Assembly: GCA_009779935.1 (NCBI GenBank) | Contig: WRAX01000006.1 | Span: 21,748-85,747 of the forward strand | Length of the DNA: 64,000 bases | From: Defluviitaleaceae bacterium | Lineage (GTDB): Bacteria; Bacillota; Clostridia; Lachnospirales; WRAX01 | Direction: 5' to 3' | In this document: piece by piece, positions 1-10,300 of the stretch | Layout: each line of letters opens with the position of its first letter | Numbering within the stretch: the first letter of the stretch is position 1 | Made by a program: the position numbers and the translations under genes | The notes under the pieces: model-generated | Databases searched by the model: none | What the model was told of the DNA's origin: nothing | The model's input: the letters and a program-made list of their open reading frames with translations, nothing else

Positions 1-1
1 T

Positions 2-130
2 AAAAAAGCCATAGAGCGTGCCAAAAAGTTGACAGAAGACAAAGCCTTGCATAACCCCGCAAAAGCTAATCCCTGCACATTGATTTATAAAGCAGTGGAA
101 GCCCTAATAGAGAAAGCTAAGAAAAAATAA
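2..130 (+). CDS. 3' end of an unidentified CDS truncated by the window edge
   Basis: The frame is open from the window start to TAA at 128-130 (...KAVEALIEKAKKK*). No family recognised. Confidence 0.3.
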   Translation, partial: KKAIERAKKLTEDKALHNPAKANPCTLIYKAVEALIEKAKKK

Positions 131-140
131 TTTAGCAAGT

Positions 141-169
141 GCATATTTCCGTCCTCCGCCTCATAAATT
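141..169 (+). promoter_or_regulatory. sigmaE-type (mother-cell) promoter candidate for spoIVA
   Basis: GCATATT (141-147), a 14-nt spacer, then CATAAATT (162-169). This resembles the Bacillus sigmaE consensus as I remember it (ATATT-N14-CATACAnT). It lies about 45 nt upstream of the spoIVA ATG. Confidence 0.4.
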
Positions 170-214
170 GGGTGATAGATAATTGTCCAAAAAAAGAGAA
201 GAGGGATAAACTTT

Positions 215-1540
215 ATGGAAAATTTTAATATTTACCGGGATATTGCCGAGCGCACCAGCGGGGACATTTATATGGGGGTGGTGGGCCCTGTGCGCACGGG
301 CAAATCCACATTTATTAAGCGTTTTATGGATTTATTGGTGCTGCCAAATATGGAAAACCCCCATATTAAGGAGCGGGCAAGGGACGAATTGCCCCAATCC
401 GCCGCCGGCAGGGCAATTATGACCACCGAGCCAAAATTTATTCCCAACGAGGCGGTGGCCATAAGCCTTGATGATGTGGTAAATTTCCGTGTGCGGCTTA
501 TTGATTGTGTGGGGTATTTAGTGCCGGGTGCCGTCGGACATATGGACGATGATGCCCCACGCATGGTAAACACACCATGGAGCGAGCAAAAAATGCCCTT
601 CGCCCAAGCGGCAGAAATGGGTACAAAAAAGGTTATTAACGACCATTCTACCATTGGCATTGTAATCACCACCGACGGCAGCATTACCGACATCCCCCGG
701 GAGGATTACGAGGATGCCGAAGCCCGTGTAGTGGAGGAGCTTACAACAATCAACAAGCCTTTTATTATGATTCTAAACTCCACACGCCCATATGCAGGGG
801 AAACGGAGCAGTTGGCAAGCGAGCTTGGTGAAAAATACGGCATACCCGTCCTACCACTTAACTGCGCCCAATTAAAGGCGGAGGATATTACGCAAATTAT
901 GGAGCGGGTGCTGTACGAATTCCCTGTAAAAGAGCTACACATAAACCTTCCCAAATGGATAGAGCCGCTACCCATGAACCACTGGGTTAAACAATCCGTC
1001 ATCACCACCATGCAAGATATGGCACAGGGCATTTTTAAGATACGTGATATTAAAGCACACGCCGTAGCATCAATTGAGGAGAATGAGTTTATACGCAAAG
1101 CGTTTTTGGAGAGTATATCCCTTGGAGAAGGGGCTTGCGAAATCGAAATAAGTGTGGACGCCGCCCTGTTCTACCATGTGCTAAGCGAAGCCACGGGCAT
1201 GGATATTGATGGAGAGCACAAGTTGATTTCCACCATAAAAGTGCTTTCCGCTGCCAAACGGGAGTATGACAAAATCGCCGCCGCCCTTGATGAGGTAAAT
1301 TTCAAAGGTTATGGTATTGTAACCCCATCCATGGACGAAATGACGCTGGATGACCCGGAAATTGTACGCCACGGCAGCCGCTTTGGCGTAAAAATAAAAG
1401 CCAGCGCACCAAGCTTACATATTATCAAGGCCAGCATCGAAACCGAGCTGTTAATGTACAAAATGAAGGTTGCAACAGAATGGAATAAACGAGGAAATAC
1501 AAGCATTGATGTGGAATATGCATTCCGCCTTGTGGCATAA
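215..1540 (+). CDS. spoIVA: stage IV sporulation protein A, 5' portion (codons 1-411), interrupted by a mobile element; the ORF runs on through 31 element-encoded codons to a stop
   Basis: MENFNIYRDIAERTSGDIYMGVVGPVRTGKSTFIKRF (Walker A) through EPEIVRHGSRFGVKIKASAPSLHIIKASIETE is collinear with SpoIVA. Similarity ends at about 1447. A GAGGG RBS lies upstream. Confidence 0.9.
   Translation: MENFNIYRDIAERTSGDIYMGVVGPVRTGKSTFIKRFMDLLVLPNMENPHIKERARDELPQSAAGRAIMTTEPKFIPNEAVAISLDDVVNFRVRLIDCVGYLVPGAVGHMDDDAPRMVNTPWSEQKMPFAQAAEMGTKKVINDHSTIGIVITTDGSITDIPREDYEDAEARVVEELTTINKPFIMILNSTRPYAGETEQLASELGEKYGIPVLPLNCAQLKAEDITQIMERVLYEFPVKELHINLPKWIEPLPMNHWVKQSVITTMQDMAQGIFKIRDIKAHAVASIEENEFIRKAFLESISLGEGACEIEISVDAALFYHVLSEATGMDIDGEHKLISTIKVLSAAKREYDKIAAALDEVNFKGYGIVTPSMDEMTLDDPEIVRHGSRFGVKIKASAPSLHIIKASIETELLMYKMKVATEWNKRGNTSIDVEYAFRLVA
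1440..1446. repeat. junction core AAACCGA (putative attL crossover region)
   Basis: An identical 7-mer occupies the same codon phase at 18629-18635, exactly where SpoIVA similarity breaks and resumes. Confidence 0.6.
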
Positions 1541-1556
1541 ACAAGGCGGTTTTTTC
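1525..1556 (+). terminator. rho-independent terminator
   Basis: Stem ccgccttgt (1525-1533) pairs with acaaggcgg (1541-1549). A T-run follows at 1550-1555, directly after the stop of the truncated spoIVA ORF. Confidence 0.7.
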
Positions 1557-1587
1557 TTGTATACAAAATGAAGGGAGCTGAGAAGCA

Positions 1588-1911
1588 ATGGCGGTTTTTA
1601 GAGTTGAAAAGACGAAAGATTTTACGGTGATGAGCAACCATCATTTTAGAAACAGAGAGCTATCGTTAAAGGCGATGGGGCTTTTATCGTTGATGTTGAA
1701 TTTGCCCGATAATTGGGACTACACTCTTAAAGGGTTATCGACAATATGCGGCGATGGTATTTCAAGTGTCCGTGCTGGGTTGGTGGAATTGGAAACGCAT
1801 GGTTATGTTGTGCGTGTACGGCTACGTGATGAACACGGACGGCTTGCCAATACGGAGTATTCCATTTACGAAGTACCGCCGACAAAGCCGAAAAGCGTAA
1901 AATCTCCATAA
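1588..1911 (+). CDS. helix-turn-helix protein resembling the N-terminal domain of replication-initiator-like proteins of Clostridial mobile elements (short form)
   Basis: The MAVFRVEKTKDFTVMSNHHFRNRELSLKAMGLLSLMLNLPDNWDYTLKGL pattern is typical of this family. Only 107 aa are present, although homologues as I remember them are much longer. A GGGAG RBS is present. Confidence 0.55.
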   Translation: MAVFRVEKTKDFTVMSNHHFRNRELSLKAMGLLSLMLNLPDNWDYTLKGLSTICGDGISSVRAGLVELETHGYVVRVRLRDEHGRLANTEYSIYEVPPTKPKSVKSP

Positions 1912-1974
1912 GCCCAATATGAGCCGTTAGATAGTTCGTTTTTGCACAATGGAGATGCGAAAATCTTATGTACG

Positions 1975-2009
1975 AAAATCCAACATAGGTTTTCCCTATG
2001 TTGGATTTT
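1975..2009 (+). terminator. 15-bp perfect hairpin, possible terminator
   Basis: aaaatccaacatagg (1975-1989), loop ttttc, then cctatgttggatttt (1995-2009). The U-rich 3' arm lies downstream of the 107-aa gene. Confidence 0.4.
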
Positions 2010-2241
2010 AACACGCTATTAAGTATTAAGATATTTAGAATTTACTTATTAAAATCTTTATGAATTAAATACTCACTCTCCCGCCCTTCGGTTGGGTGTG
2101 TGTTTACAACAATGATGACTTGGTTGCAATCTAAAATCTTTAACTGGCTGAAAATGAAAAAAATAAGGCCTTGCGCTTAGGTGCTTCAGCGCGCTACAAT
2201 TATTTTGGGGAGATATAACCAAAAATTAGGAGCGTGATTTT

Positions 2242-2745
2242 ATGAGTAAAGAGTATATTCCAGTTGCCACAATCGACACGGTTTATTATGAGCCGCAGAC
2301 AAAAGAAGAATTTGACAAGTTGATGGAAGTCGTAAAAGTTGGGGATATGGTGTACAGTAAATGGGTATTCAGCGGTTTATGGTATACCGTTGGCCTAAAC
2401 GATATTAACGACCCCACATCAATATGCCTATTCCCCAACATAATCATGGATGAGGAATTACCGCAACTAACACGTTGGGGATTGGCTCGTTACCATTATC
2501 TGAAATCCGAGCGTAAATTCATGGCGGCGGGGTTTGGTACAGTTGGGCTGCATAAACATTGCCTTGAAGTACAAGAACAGGCTGAACAGCGAAAGGCAAA
2601 TATGATGGCTGCTATTCGCAAAGACCCCGCCAACCGTGTGTCGGAACGAGATAAAGCCGAAAACCCAATGGTGTGGGTACAGCGCATGAATCAATTTCAG
2701 GCACAAGTCCACGAAGTTATAAATACCGATTTAATCTTCAGCTAG
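2242..2745 (+). CDS. TnpV-like transposon-associated protein
   Basis: The C-terminal pattern (RYHYLKSERKF...LHKHCLEVQEQAEQRKANMMAAI...WVQRMNQFQAQVHEVINTDLIF) matches the TnpV family of Tn4451-type elements as I remember it. An AGGAG RBS is present. Confidence 0.55.
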   Translation: MSKEYIPVATIDTVYYEPQTKEEFDKLMEVVKVGDMVYSKWVFSGLWYTVGLNDINDPTSICLFPNIIMDEELPQLTRWGLARYHYLKSERKFMAAGFGTVGLHKHCLEVQEQAEQRKANMMAAIRKDPANRVSERDKAENPMVWVQRMNQFQAQVHEVINTDLIFS

Positions 2746-2773
2746 TGCCATTAAAATAGAAAGGAAGTGAAAA

Positions 2774-3121
2774 TTGAGTAAGAAAAGAACACGCAAAAAT
2801 CGCATCGTGTTTTGCTTGGACGACAGCGAATTTGAAATCCTATCACAGCGATTGCAAAAAGTCGGAATGAGAAACCGTGAGGCCTTTGTCCGCAAAATGG
2901 TTTTGGACGGCTACATCATCAACCTCGACATCAGTCCTTCGGTTGAAACAAATCGTTTGATACGAAGCATTTCCAACAACATTAACCAAATTACCAAGCG
3001 ATGTAACGAAACAGGCAGTGCTTACGAAAACGACTTTCGTGAATTACACGCCGAGGTTTGCAAATTGAAGCCGCTTATAATTCAAGCCCAAACCGAAATG
3101 ATAAAACTTTGTAAAATGTAA
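2774..3121 (+). CDS. MobC-like mobilisation (relaxosome accessory) protein
   Basis: TTG start with an AAAGGAAGTG RBS. RKNRIVFCLDDSEFEILSQRLQKVGM-NREAFVRKMVL followed by SISNNINQITKRCN is the typical MobC pattern. No relaxase gene follows. Confidence 0.6.
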   Translation: MSKKRTRKNRIVFCLDDSEFEILSQRLQKVGMRNREAFVRKMVLDGYIINLDISPSVETNRLIRSISNNINQITKRCNETGSAYENDFRELHAEVCKLKPLIIQAQTEMIKLCKM

Positions 3122-3140
3122 TCCAATACAAATTCACTTA

Positions 3141-3181
3141 GCAGCGGAACGCTTAGAAAAAAGCGTTCCGCTGCTTTTTTG
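3141..3181 (+). terminator. rho-independent terminator
   Basis: A 12-bp stem, gcagcggaacgc (3141-3152) with gcgttccgctgc (3163-3174), followed by TTTTTT. Confidence 0.8.
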
Positions 3182-3251
3182 TTTGCAAAACTGTTAAGCA
3201 CAGCGAAACAAATTTTGCAAATGGGGTCGAGGGGAAGCCCCTCGCAAGCGG

Positions 3252-3322
3252 CTGTGTTGCAACACAGACATTGCTTGCCTGTTTACCTGTTTACCTGTTT
3301 ACTCTGAAGCCCTTGTGTTTAC
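3252..3322. repeat. 16-bp perfect palindrome plus 8-bp tandem repeats
   Basis: The palindrome is ctgtgttgcaacacag (3252-3267). ctgtttac occurs three times in perfect tandem (3279-3302), with a further tgtttac at 3316-3322. Confidence 0.6.
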
Positions 3323-3573
3323 TGTGGTTTGGGATTTCGCCTCCAAAATGCACATTTATATGAATACATCTGAAAGGCTGCTTGAACAGCAGTCAATTAA
3401 GTTATCCACAATTTATGTGCAGCGCAAATTTGTAATTGTGCTGGGTCTAAATTTCTGGTATAATGTAAAATGAGGATAAGTGTGCAGATGTGCTTGTCAT
3501 AAATCATCATTTCATTTGCGCCTAATGCCTGCGTACAAGCAATCTTACAAACAGTTTCAGGGGGAACACATAT

Positions 3574-5166
3574 ATGGCAAAGATAAAAGTAAAGACAAAA
3601 ACAACCGAGCAAACATTGGAAACAATTATGATGAATTGCCGCAACGCCCTCCGTGGAACAATTGGCGGTAACGAAAAAAATCGTGATGCGGTTTTGGGAT
3701 TGGTGTTCCTAAAATTTGCAGGTTTCAAATTTGAAAATCGCCGTGCTGAAATTATTGAACAGTATGGTGATGTTCCTGCGTTTTTGGAGAAGAAGTCTTT
3801 TTATCTTTCCGAAAATGTTTTCTTCCTAAACGAAACATCACGCTGGAGTCATATTGAAATCAACGCAAGCGCAAATGATATTGCAGTAATCATTGACACA
3901 GCAATGAGGGATATTGAAGATGGCAACCCTCCGCTTAAAGGTGCGTTACCACAAAATTTTTATGTAACACTCGGCACTCGTCCTGAGCAATTGAAAGCGT
4001 TGATAGATGAGATAAACAAAATTGACGACAAACGTTTTCATGAGAGTGATTTAATTGGGCGTGTTTACGAATATTTTTTACAAGTGTTCGCAATTGATTC
4101 TGGCACAAGCAACGAAAAGGGCGAGTTCTACACTCCAGCCAGTATTGTTCAATTGATTGCTGAATTGATTGAGCCGTATTCGGGTGTGGTGTATGACCCC
4201 TGTTGCGGTTCGGCGGGAATGTTTGTGTCCTCCATCAAATTTGTGGAGCGGCACAATGGCAACCGCTCAAAAATTTCTGTGGTTGGGCAGGAACGCAACC
4301 CCGATACTTGGCGGCTTGCAAAAATGAACCTTGCAATTCGTGGAATTGCCCATAATCTTGGCGAACGGCCAGAATCCACTTTTGCGGAGGATTTGAACAA
4401 AGGCAAAATGGTTGACTTTATCATGGCAAACCCGCCGTTCAATTTGAAATTGGGTGCGCAAGGAGTAGCGCAAGACAATATGAACAGCGACCCCCGTTGG
4501 GATGGCTATACTCCACCACCAGTTTCAAATGCCAACTATGCGTGGATTTTGCATATGTTATCAAAACTGGATGTAACCAACGGCATCGCTGGATTTTTGC
4601 TTGCTAACGGTGCATTAAACGCTGATGGTGTTGAAGGTGAAATTCGCAAAGGATTGATTGAGAATGACAAGATTGAAGCCATTATCGTCCTTCCGCGCGA
4701 AATGTTCTACTCCACTGACATTTCCGTAACCTTTTGGATTTTGAACAACAATAAAAATGCACGTATACTAAATGGACGACAGTTGAGGGATAGGCGTGGC
4801 GAAGTCCTTTTTGTTGACTTGCGCCGTTGGAATGACAATATTTATGAAAAGAAATATGTGCAATTTTCTGACGAGCAGATTGATAACATAAAGAAAATCT
4901 ATACAAGCTGGCAAACAGGGGTTGATTATCAAGATGTGCCTGAATTGTGCCGTTCTGCGACAAAAGATGAAATAAAGGCACAAAAATATTCCCTTGCTCC
5001 CAGCAAGTACATTGAGTTTATAGACCATGATATGGAAATTGACTATGCAAGAGAAATGGCACGTATTCAAAGTGAGATGCGTGAGGTGTTGAGAGCAGAG
5101 AAGAAAGCCCAGTCGATGCTGGAAGTAGCTTTTAGGGGGATTGGATATGGCATTGACCAAAAATAG
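3574..5166 (+). CDS. hsdM: type I restriction-modification system methyltransferase subunit
   Basis: Carries the N6-adenine MTase motifs (VYDPCCGSAGMF, FIMANPPFN) on an HsdM-type N-terminal domain. An AGGGGG RBS is present. Confidence 0.9.
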   Translation: MAKIKVKTKTTEQTLETIMMNCRNALRGTIGGNEKNRDAVLGLVFLKFAGFKFENRRAEIIEQYGDVPAFLEKKSFYLSENVFFLNETSRWSHIEINASANDIAVIIDTAMRDIEDGNPPLKGALPQNFYVTLGTRPEQLKALIDEINKIDDKRFHESDLIGRVYEYFLQVFAIDSGTSNEKGEFYTPASIVQLIAELIEPYSGVVYDPCCGSAGMFVSSIKFVERHNGNRSKISVVGQERNPDTWRLAKMNLAIRGIAHNLGERPESTFAEDLNKGKMVDFIMANPPFNLKLGAQGVAQDNMNSDPRWDGYTPPPVSNANYAWILHMLSKLDVTNGIAGFLLANGALNADGVEGEIRKGLIENDKIEAIIVLPREMFYSTDISVTFWILNNNKNARILNGRQLRDRRGEVLFVDLRRWNDNIYEKKYVQFSDEQIDNIKKIYTSWQTGVDYQDVPELCRSATKDEIKAQKYSLAPSKYIEFIDHDMEIDYAREMARIQSEMREVLRAEKKAQSMLEVAFRGIGYGIDQK

Positions 5167-6280
5167 GTTAGGTAATTATATTGAACGTGTTGAACGCCGA
5201 AATTCAGAGCTGAAGTTCGGTGCGCTTGATGTTCGAGGTATTTCCAACAGTAAAGAAATTCAATCCACAAAAGCTAATATATCCGAGCGTTCATTTTTGC
5301 GATTTCAAATTGTTAATCCGCATGAATTTGTGTTCAATAGACGGACAACACGTATGGGAGAGAAACTAGGGCTTGGGTATAATGATATGGATGAACCCTT
5401 CATCGTTACTGAAGATTATGTTGTTTTTCGAGTCGTTGATGAAAAAATTTTATTGCCAGACTACCTCAATGTGTTTTTTCGACGTCCTGAGTTTGACCGT
5501 TATGCACGCTGGGACTCGTGGGGTAGTGCTACGGAGTTCTTTAACTGGGAGGAAATGTGTGATGTGCCAATTGACATTCCACCGCTGCCAAAGCAACAAA
5601 AATTTGTTGATGTTTATAATGCCATGCTTGCCAATCAGCGTGTTTATGAGGATAGTTTAAGTGACTTGGAAACTGCTATTTCTGCAAGCATTGAAGAATT
5701 TAAACATATCGCCCCTCGAATAGCAGTTGGCAAGCTGCTTGAAGAAGTAGACAATCGAAACCGTGATGACTCATTGTCGAATGTTCAAGGGATTAACATT
5801 AACAAAAAGTTTATGCCCTCGATAGCCAACTTAAGCACAACCGACCTTACGAAATACAAAGTTATACAGAGGGGTCAGTTTGCGTATAGTGCCATGCAAA
5901 CAGGGCGTGATGAGTGTATCCGTATAGCATTATTTCACGAGGATGAACCTGTGATAATTTCTCCTGCGTACTCGGTTTTGCAAGTCAAAACAGGAGTGGA
6001 GCGTCCTGTTCTTGCGGAGTATATAAAACTTTGGTTTAGTCGTAGCGAAAGTGATAGATATGGTTGGTTCATTAGCGATAGCAGTATTCGTGCAAGTTTG
6101 GAGTTGTCGAGGTTTTATGAAATAGAGATACCTCTGCCCTCTTTAGAAAAGCAACAAGCCGTTGTTAATTTTTACAACGCAAAGCACATGATAACCGAAA
6201 ATGTATCAAAAATAAGCAAACTTTTGAAAGAAATTTGCCCCATACTAATAAAAGGCTCGCTCGAAGAAGCCGAAGCGTAA
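5141..6280 (+). CDS. hsdS: type I restriction-modification system specificity subunit
   Basis: The start overlaps the hsdM 3' end. The protein has two target-recognition halves separated by conserved spacers (PPLPKQQKFVDVYNAM... and LPSLEKQQAVVNFYNAK...). Confidence 0.85.
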   Translation: MDMALTKNRLGNYIERVERRNSELKFGALDVRGISNSKEIQSTKANISERSFLRFQIVNPHEFVFNRRTTRMGEKLGLGYNDMDEPFIVTEDYVVFRVVDEKILLPDYLNVFFRRPEFDRYARWDSWGSATEFFNWEEMCDVPIDIPPLPKQQKFVDVYNAMLANQRVYEDSLSDLETAISASIEEFKHIAPRIAVGKLLEEVDNRNRDDSLSNVQGININKKFMPSIANLSTTDLTKYKVIQRGQFAYSAMQTGRDECIRIALFHEDEPVIISPAYSVLQVKTGVERPVLAEYIKLWFSRSESDRYGWFISDSSIRASLELSRFYEIEIPLPSLEKQQAVVNFYNAKHMITENVSKISKLLKEICPILIKGSLEEAEA

Positions 6281-6321
6281 ATTGTGCCAACACTGTCGGC
6301 ACAATTTTAGGAGGTACGAAG

Positions 6322-7350
6322 GTGCTTATAAACAACAACGAGTATTTTGAGATTTTAGAAAGTGTTAAAACGCATATAAACTGTGCCCAACACAAGGCTG
6401 TGATGGGGCTTAATCGTGAGCAGATAATCCTTTATTGGAACATTGGCAGGGTTATTTTGGATAATGCCAAATGGGGTAATAAGTTTGTGGACAACCTTGC
6501 AAAAGACATTAAACTGGAGTTTCCAAACGCAAAGGGTTATTCGGTGCGGAACTTGAAGTATATGCGCAAATTTGCTGAATTTGTGGATGATTTAGAAATT
6601 GTGCAGACACTGTCGGCACAATTGACATGGTCGCATAATAGGCTATTGCTCGACAAAACAAAATCGCTTGGTGAATATTTATGGTATGCGGATAGAACCG
6701 TGCAAGATGGGTTGTCGTTGTCTGGCTTGGAAAACCGCATTGAGCTAAAGAACTACGAGCGACAGGCAACATCAGAAAAAGTTGAAAATTATGGGCGATT
6801 ACTACCAGCACCACAAAACAGCTTAGTGACCGAAACGTTGAAAAGTCCTTATCTTTTCGACTTTATAGAGAAACATGACGATATTATCGAGCGCGAAATA
6901 GAACATGAACTTGTTGCAAATATTGTAAAAACACTCTTGGAACTTGGTACAGGGTTTGCGTTTATTGACAAACAATACACGCTGACCGTGGCGGATGTAG
7001 ATTATCATTGCGATTTGCTTTTTTACAATACACGGTTGCGTTGTTATGTCGTGATTGAGTTAAAGGCGGGCAAGTTTAAGCCCGAATACGCAGGTAAGTT
7101 GAATTTTTATTTATCTGCCGTAGACGATATGTTAAAGCATGAGCATGACAATCCAACTATCGGAATTATTCTATGCAAACATCGTGACAAGCTAACTGCC
7201 GAATACGCACTCAAAGACATTCATAAACCGATAGGCGTTAGCGAATATAAGTTATCTGATTTTGTGCCGGAGGAGCTGGCTGATACCCTGCCATCTGCGG
7301 AGGATATAGAGAAGCGGATAAAGCAGAAATACAAAATCATGGAAGATTAG
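6322..7350 (+). CDS. PDDEXK nuclease-domain protein (DUF1016/YhcG-like) embedded in the type I R-M operon
   Basis: GTG start 7 nt after AGGAGG. Shows the N-terminal pattern ILYWNIGRVI...GYSVRNLKYMRKFAEF and the C-terminal DLLFYNTRLRCYVVIELKAGKFKPEYAGKLNFY (D...ELK nuclease core). Confidence 0.7.
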   Translation: MLINNNEYFEILESVKTHINCAQHKAVMGLNREQIILYWNIGRVILDNAKWGNKFVDNLAKDIKLEFPNAKGYSVRNLKYMRKFAEFVDDLEIVQTLSAQLTWSHNRLLLDKTKSLGEYLWYADRTVQDGLSLSGLENRIELKNYERQATSEKVENYGRLLPAPQNSLVTETLKSPYLFDFIEKHDDIIEREIEHELVANIVKTLLELGTGFAFIDKQYTLTVADVDYHCDLLFYNTRLRCYVVIELKAGKFKPEYAGKLNFYLSAVDDMLKHEHDNPTIGIILCKHRDKLTAEYALKDIHKPIGVSEYKLSDFVPEELADTLPSAEDIEKRIKQKYKIMED

Positions 7351-7366
7351 ACGAGGGGGCTTTGCT

Positions 7367-10300
7367 GTGGATTACAATTTTGTTAGAGGGCAATTTACCG
7401 AAGCAGAGCTTGAAAAGGCTATTATTAGCCTGTTTGAAGCGCAGGACTATACCCATCTTCGTGGCGATGAAATCCATCGCAAACTTGATGAGGTTTTGCT
7501 AAAAGATGATTTGAGAGCATATCTCATGAATCAATACAGCGATTTAACCTCGGCTGAAATCGAAAAGATTGTCAGTCGCTTGGATAATATTCCATCAACA
7601 CCACTCTATCAATGCAACAGGGAAACATTTTTGCTGATAAATGAGGGGTTTAGCTTTTTACGTGACGATGCAAACAAACCATCGATACACATCAACTATA
7701 TAAATTTTGGCGACCAGCAAACGAATGTTTTTAAGGTGGTTAGTCAATTTGCCGTGCAAGGTGAAATCCTACGAAGGCCAGACTTGTTGCTATATATTAA
7801 CGGAATCCCTGTGGCTATTTTCGAGTTTAAGTCTGCAATAAGGGAAGAAGCCGTTATACATGATGCGTGGAAACAAATAACAATCCGCTATAATCGTGAT
7901 ATTCCAAAACTGATGAAATATTGCTTTTTAGCGGTTATAAGCGATGGCGCAAACACCAAAATGGGAAGCATTTTCACTCCATATGAATATTTCTATGCTT
8001 GGAATAAAATCAATGAAAACGAGAAAGCCAGTAACGGCATAGCATCTCTGCTGACGATGGTTAGGGGTGCATTTGCCCAAGACCGTGTTTTAGCAATTAT
8101 GAGGGATTTTGTTTATTATCCTGACGACAGCTCAAAAAGTGAAGCCATTGTTGCTCGATATCCGCAGTTCTTTGCTGCACAAAAAATGTTTGAGAATATC
8201 AAGGCACATATTAAACCGCATGGCGATGGTAAGGGTGGCACTTATTTTGGCGCGACTGGCTGCGGAAAAACATATACAATGCTGTTTCTTGCTCGTCTGC
8301 TCAATCAACATGACAGGGAGATTTTTAGAAACCCGACAATTATCATAATTACAGACCGTGAGGACTTGGATAGACAGACATCGGGTTTATTTGTCGAGTC
8401 AAAACGCTATCTTCGTGACAAAAATGTGCGAAGCATTGAAAATAGAAAGATGTTGCAAGAAGTGTTGGCAGAAAAAGATTCGGGAGCCGCAAGTGGTGGT
8501 GTGTATTTAACTACGATACAGAAATTTTGTGAAGAAACCGGCTTATTGTCTGACCGTGAGAACATCATCTGTATTTCTGACGAAGCCCACCGCACACAAA
8601 CTGGTGTTGGTGCAAAGTTGAAAACCACTGAAAAAGGCGTATTTACTTCGTATGGCTTTGCAAAATATTTGCGTGATAGCTTTCCAAATGCTACATATTG
8701 CGGTTTCACAGGAACGCCAATTGACGAAACAATAGCTGTTTTTGGCGAAGTTGTTGACAGTTATACAATGAAAGAATCAAGTGATGACGGCATTACCGTT
8801 CGCATCGCTTATGAACCACGCTTGGCAAGGGTTATTCTTTCTGACGAGCAGGCAAAAGAAATTCAAAAATACTATGATAGATGCACCGAGGAGGGGTCTA
8901 ATCCTGAGCAAGTAGAGGAAAGCAAAAAGGCCATGAGCCAGATGCGAAAAGTGCTTGGGCATCCTGATAGGCTTAAAAAGTTAGCGTACGACATTGTGCA
9001 TCACTATGAGGCGTTGACGGAGCAAAAGCCCGAAATTGTGCAGAAGGCTATGATTGTGTGTGCAAGCAGGGAAATCGCTTTTGACTTGTGGAAAGAATTA
9101 ACAGCACTTCGCCCAAGTTGGAACGAGCCGAAAAAATCTGAAAATGATTCAGCCTTGTCAAAAGAACAGTTAGAAAAATTAACTCCGCTTGAAAAGATTA
9201 AGCTGGTTGCCACGCGCGGTAAAGATGATGAGCGTGATATGTATAATTTGCTTGGCACAAAAGAATATAGACAAATGCTGGACAAGCAATTCAAGAATGA
9301 CGATTCCAACTTCAAAATTGCAATTGTTGTTGATATGTGGATTACTGGCTTTGATGTGCCGTCACTTGCTGTCATTTATGTAGACAAGCCATTGCAAAAA
9401 CACACGCTGATACAAACAATTTCGCGTGTTAATCGTGTTTTTGACGGCAAAGATATGGGCTTAGTGGTCGATTACATTGGCATAAAGCAAGATATGCTTG
9501 AGGCTATCAAGAAATATAGCAAGCCACAAGAAAGTCCCATTGAGGAAATAACGATTTCGTTGGTGGTTTTTCGAAACCATTTAGCACTCATAAACGAGTT
9601 GATGTATGAATTTGATGCTAAAAACTTCTATGCAGGGGAGCCGCTTGAGCGGCTGCTCTGCTTGGAATATGCCGCTCAATTTGTTCAGATAAAGAAGGAT
9701 AGAGAAAGTAGCTTCATGAGCTTATCTCGTAAGCTCAAAGCGGCGTATGATATTTGCTTTCCGACTGGAGAATTGACAGATACAGAAATCACTCAAGCTC
9801 AATTTTATCTTGCCATTCGTTCAATCATTTATAAGCAAACCAAGGGCGATGCCCCTGATGCAGAGACAATGAATCGAGTAGTTGAGAAAATGGTGCAAGA
9901 TGCTATCACTTGTACAGGTATCGAAAATATCGTAAACGCTGAAAAACCAGAAGATTTGTTCAGCGATGATTTTATGAAGCAACTTGACGAGATAAGCCTA
10001 CCAATTTCCAAATTTAACGCCCTGCTGAAATTGTTGCGAAAAGCTGTATCGGGATACGGCAAAGTAAATAAAGTGAAGGCGTTGGAATTTGATAAACGGC
10101 TTAGAGCCGTTGTTGAAAGCTATAACAATAGAGATAATCTTGTCTTTACAAGTGAAGTTGTCGCAGATTTCATTAACGGGCTATCGGACGAGCTTGTAAA
10201 AATTCTTTGCGATTTACAAGATGATAAAACTTCATTTGAAAGCATGGGCATAACTTACGAAGAAAAGGCGTTTTATGACATTCTTGTGAAAGTGCGTGAT

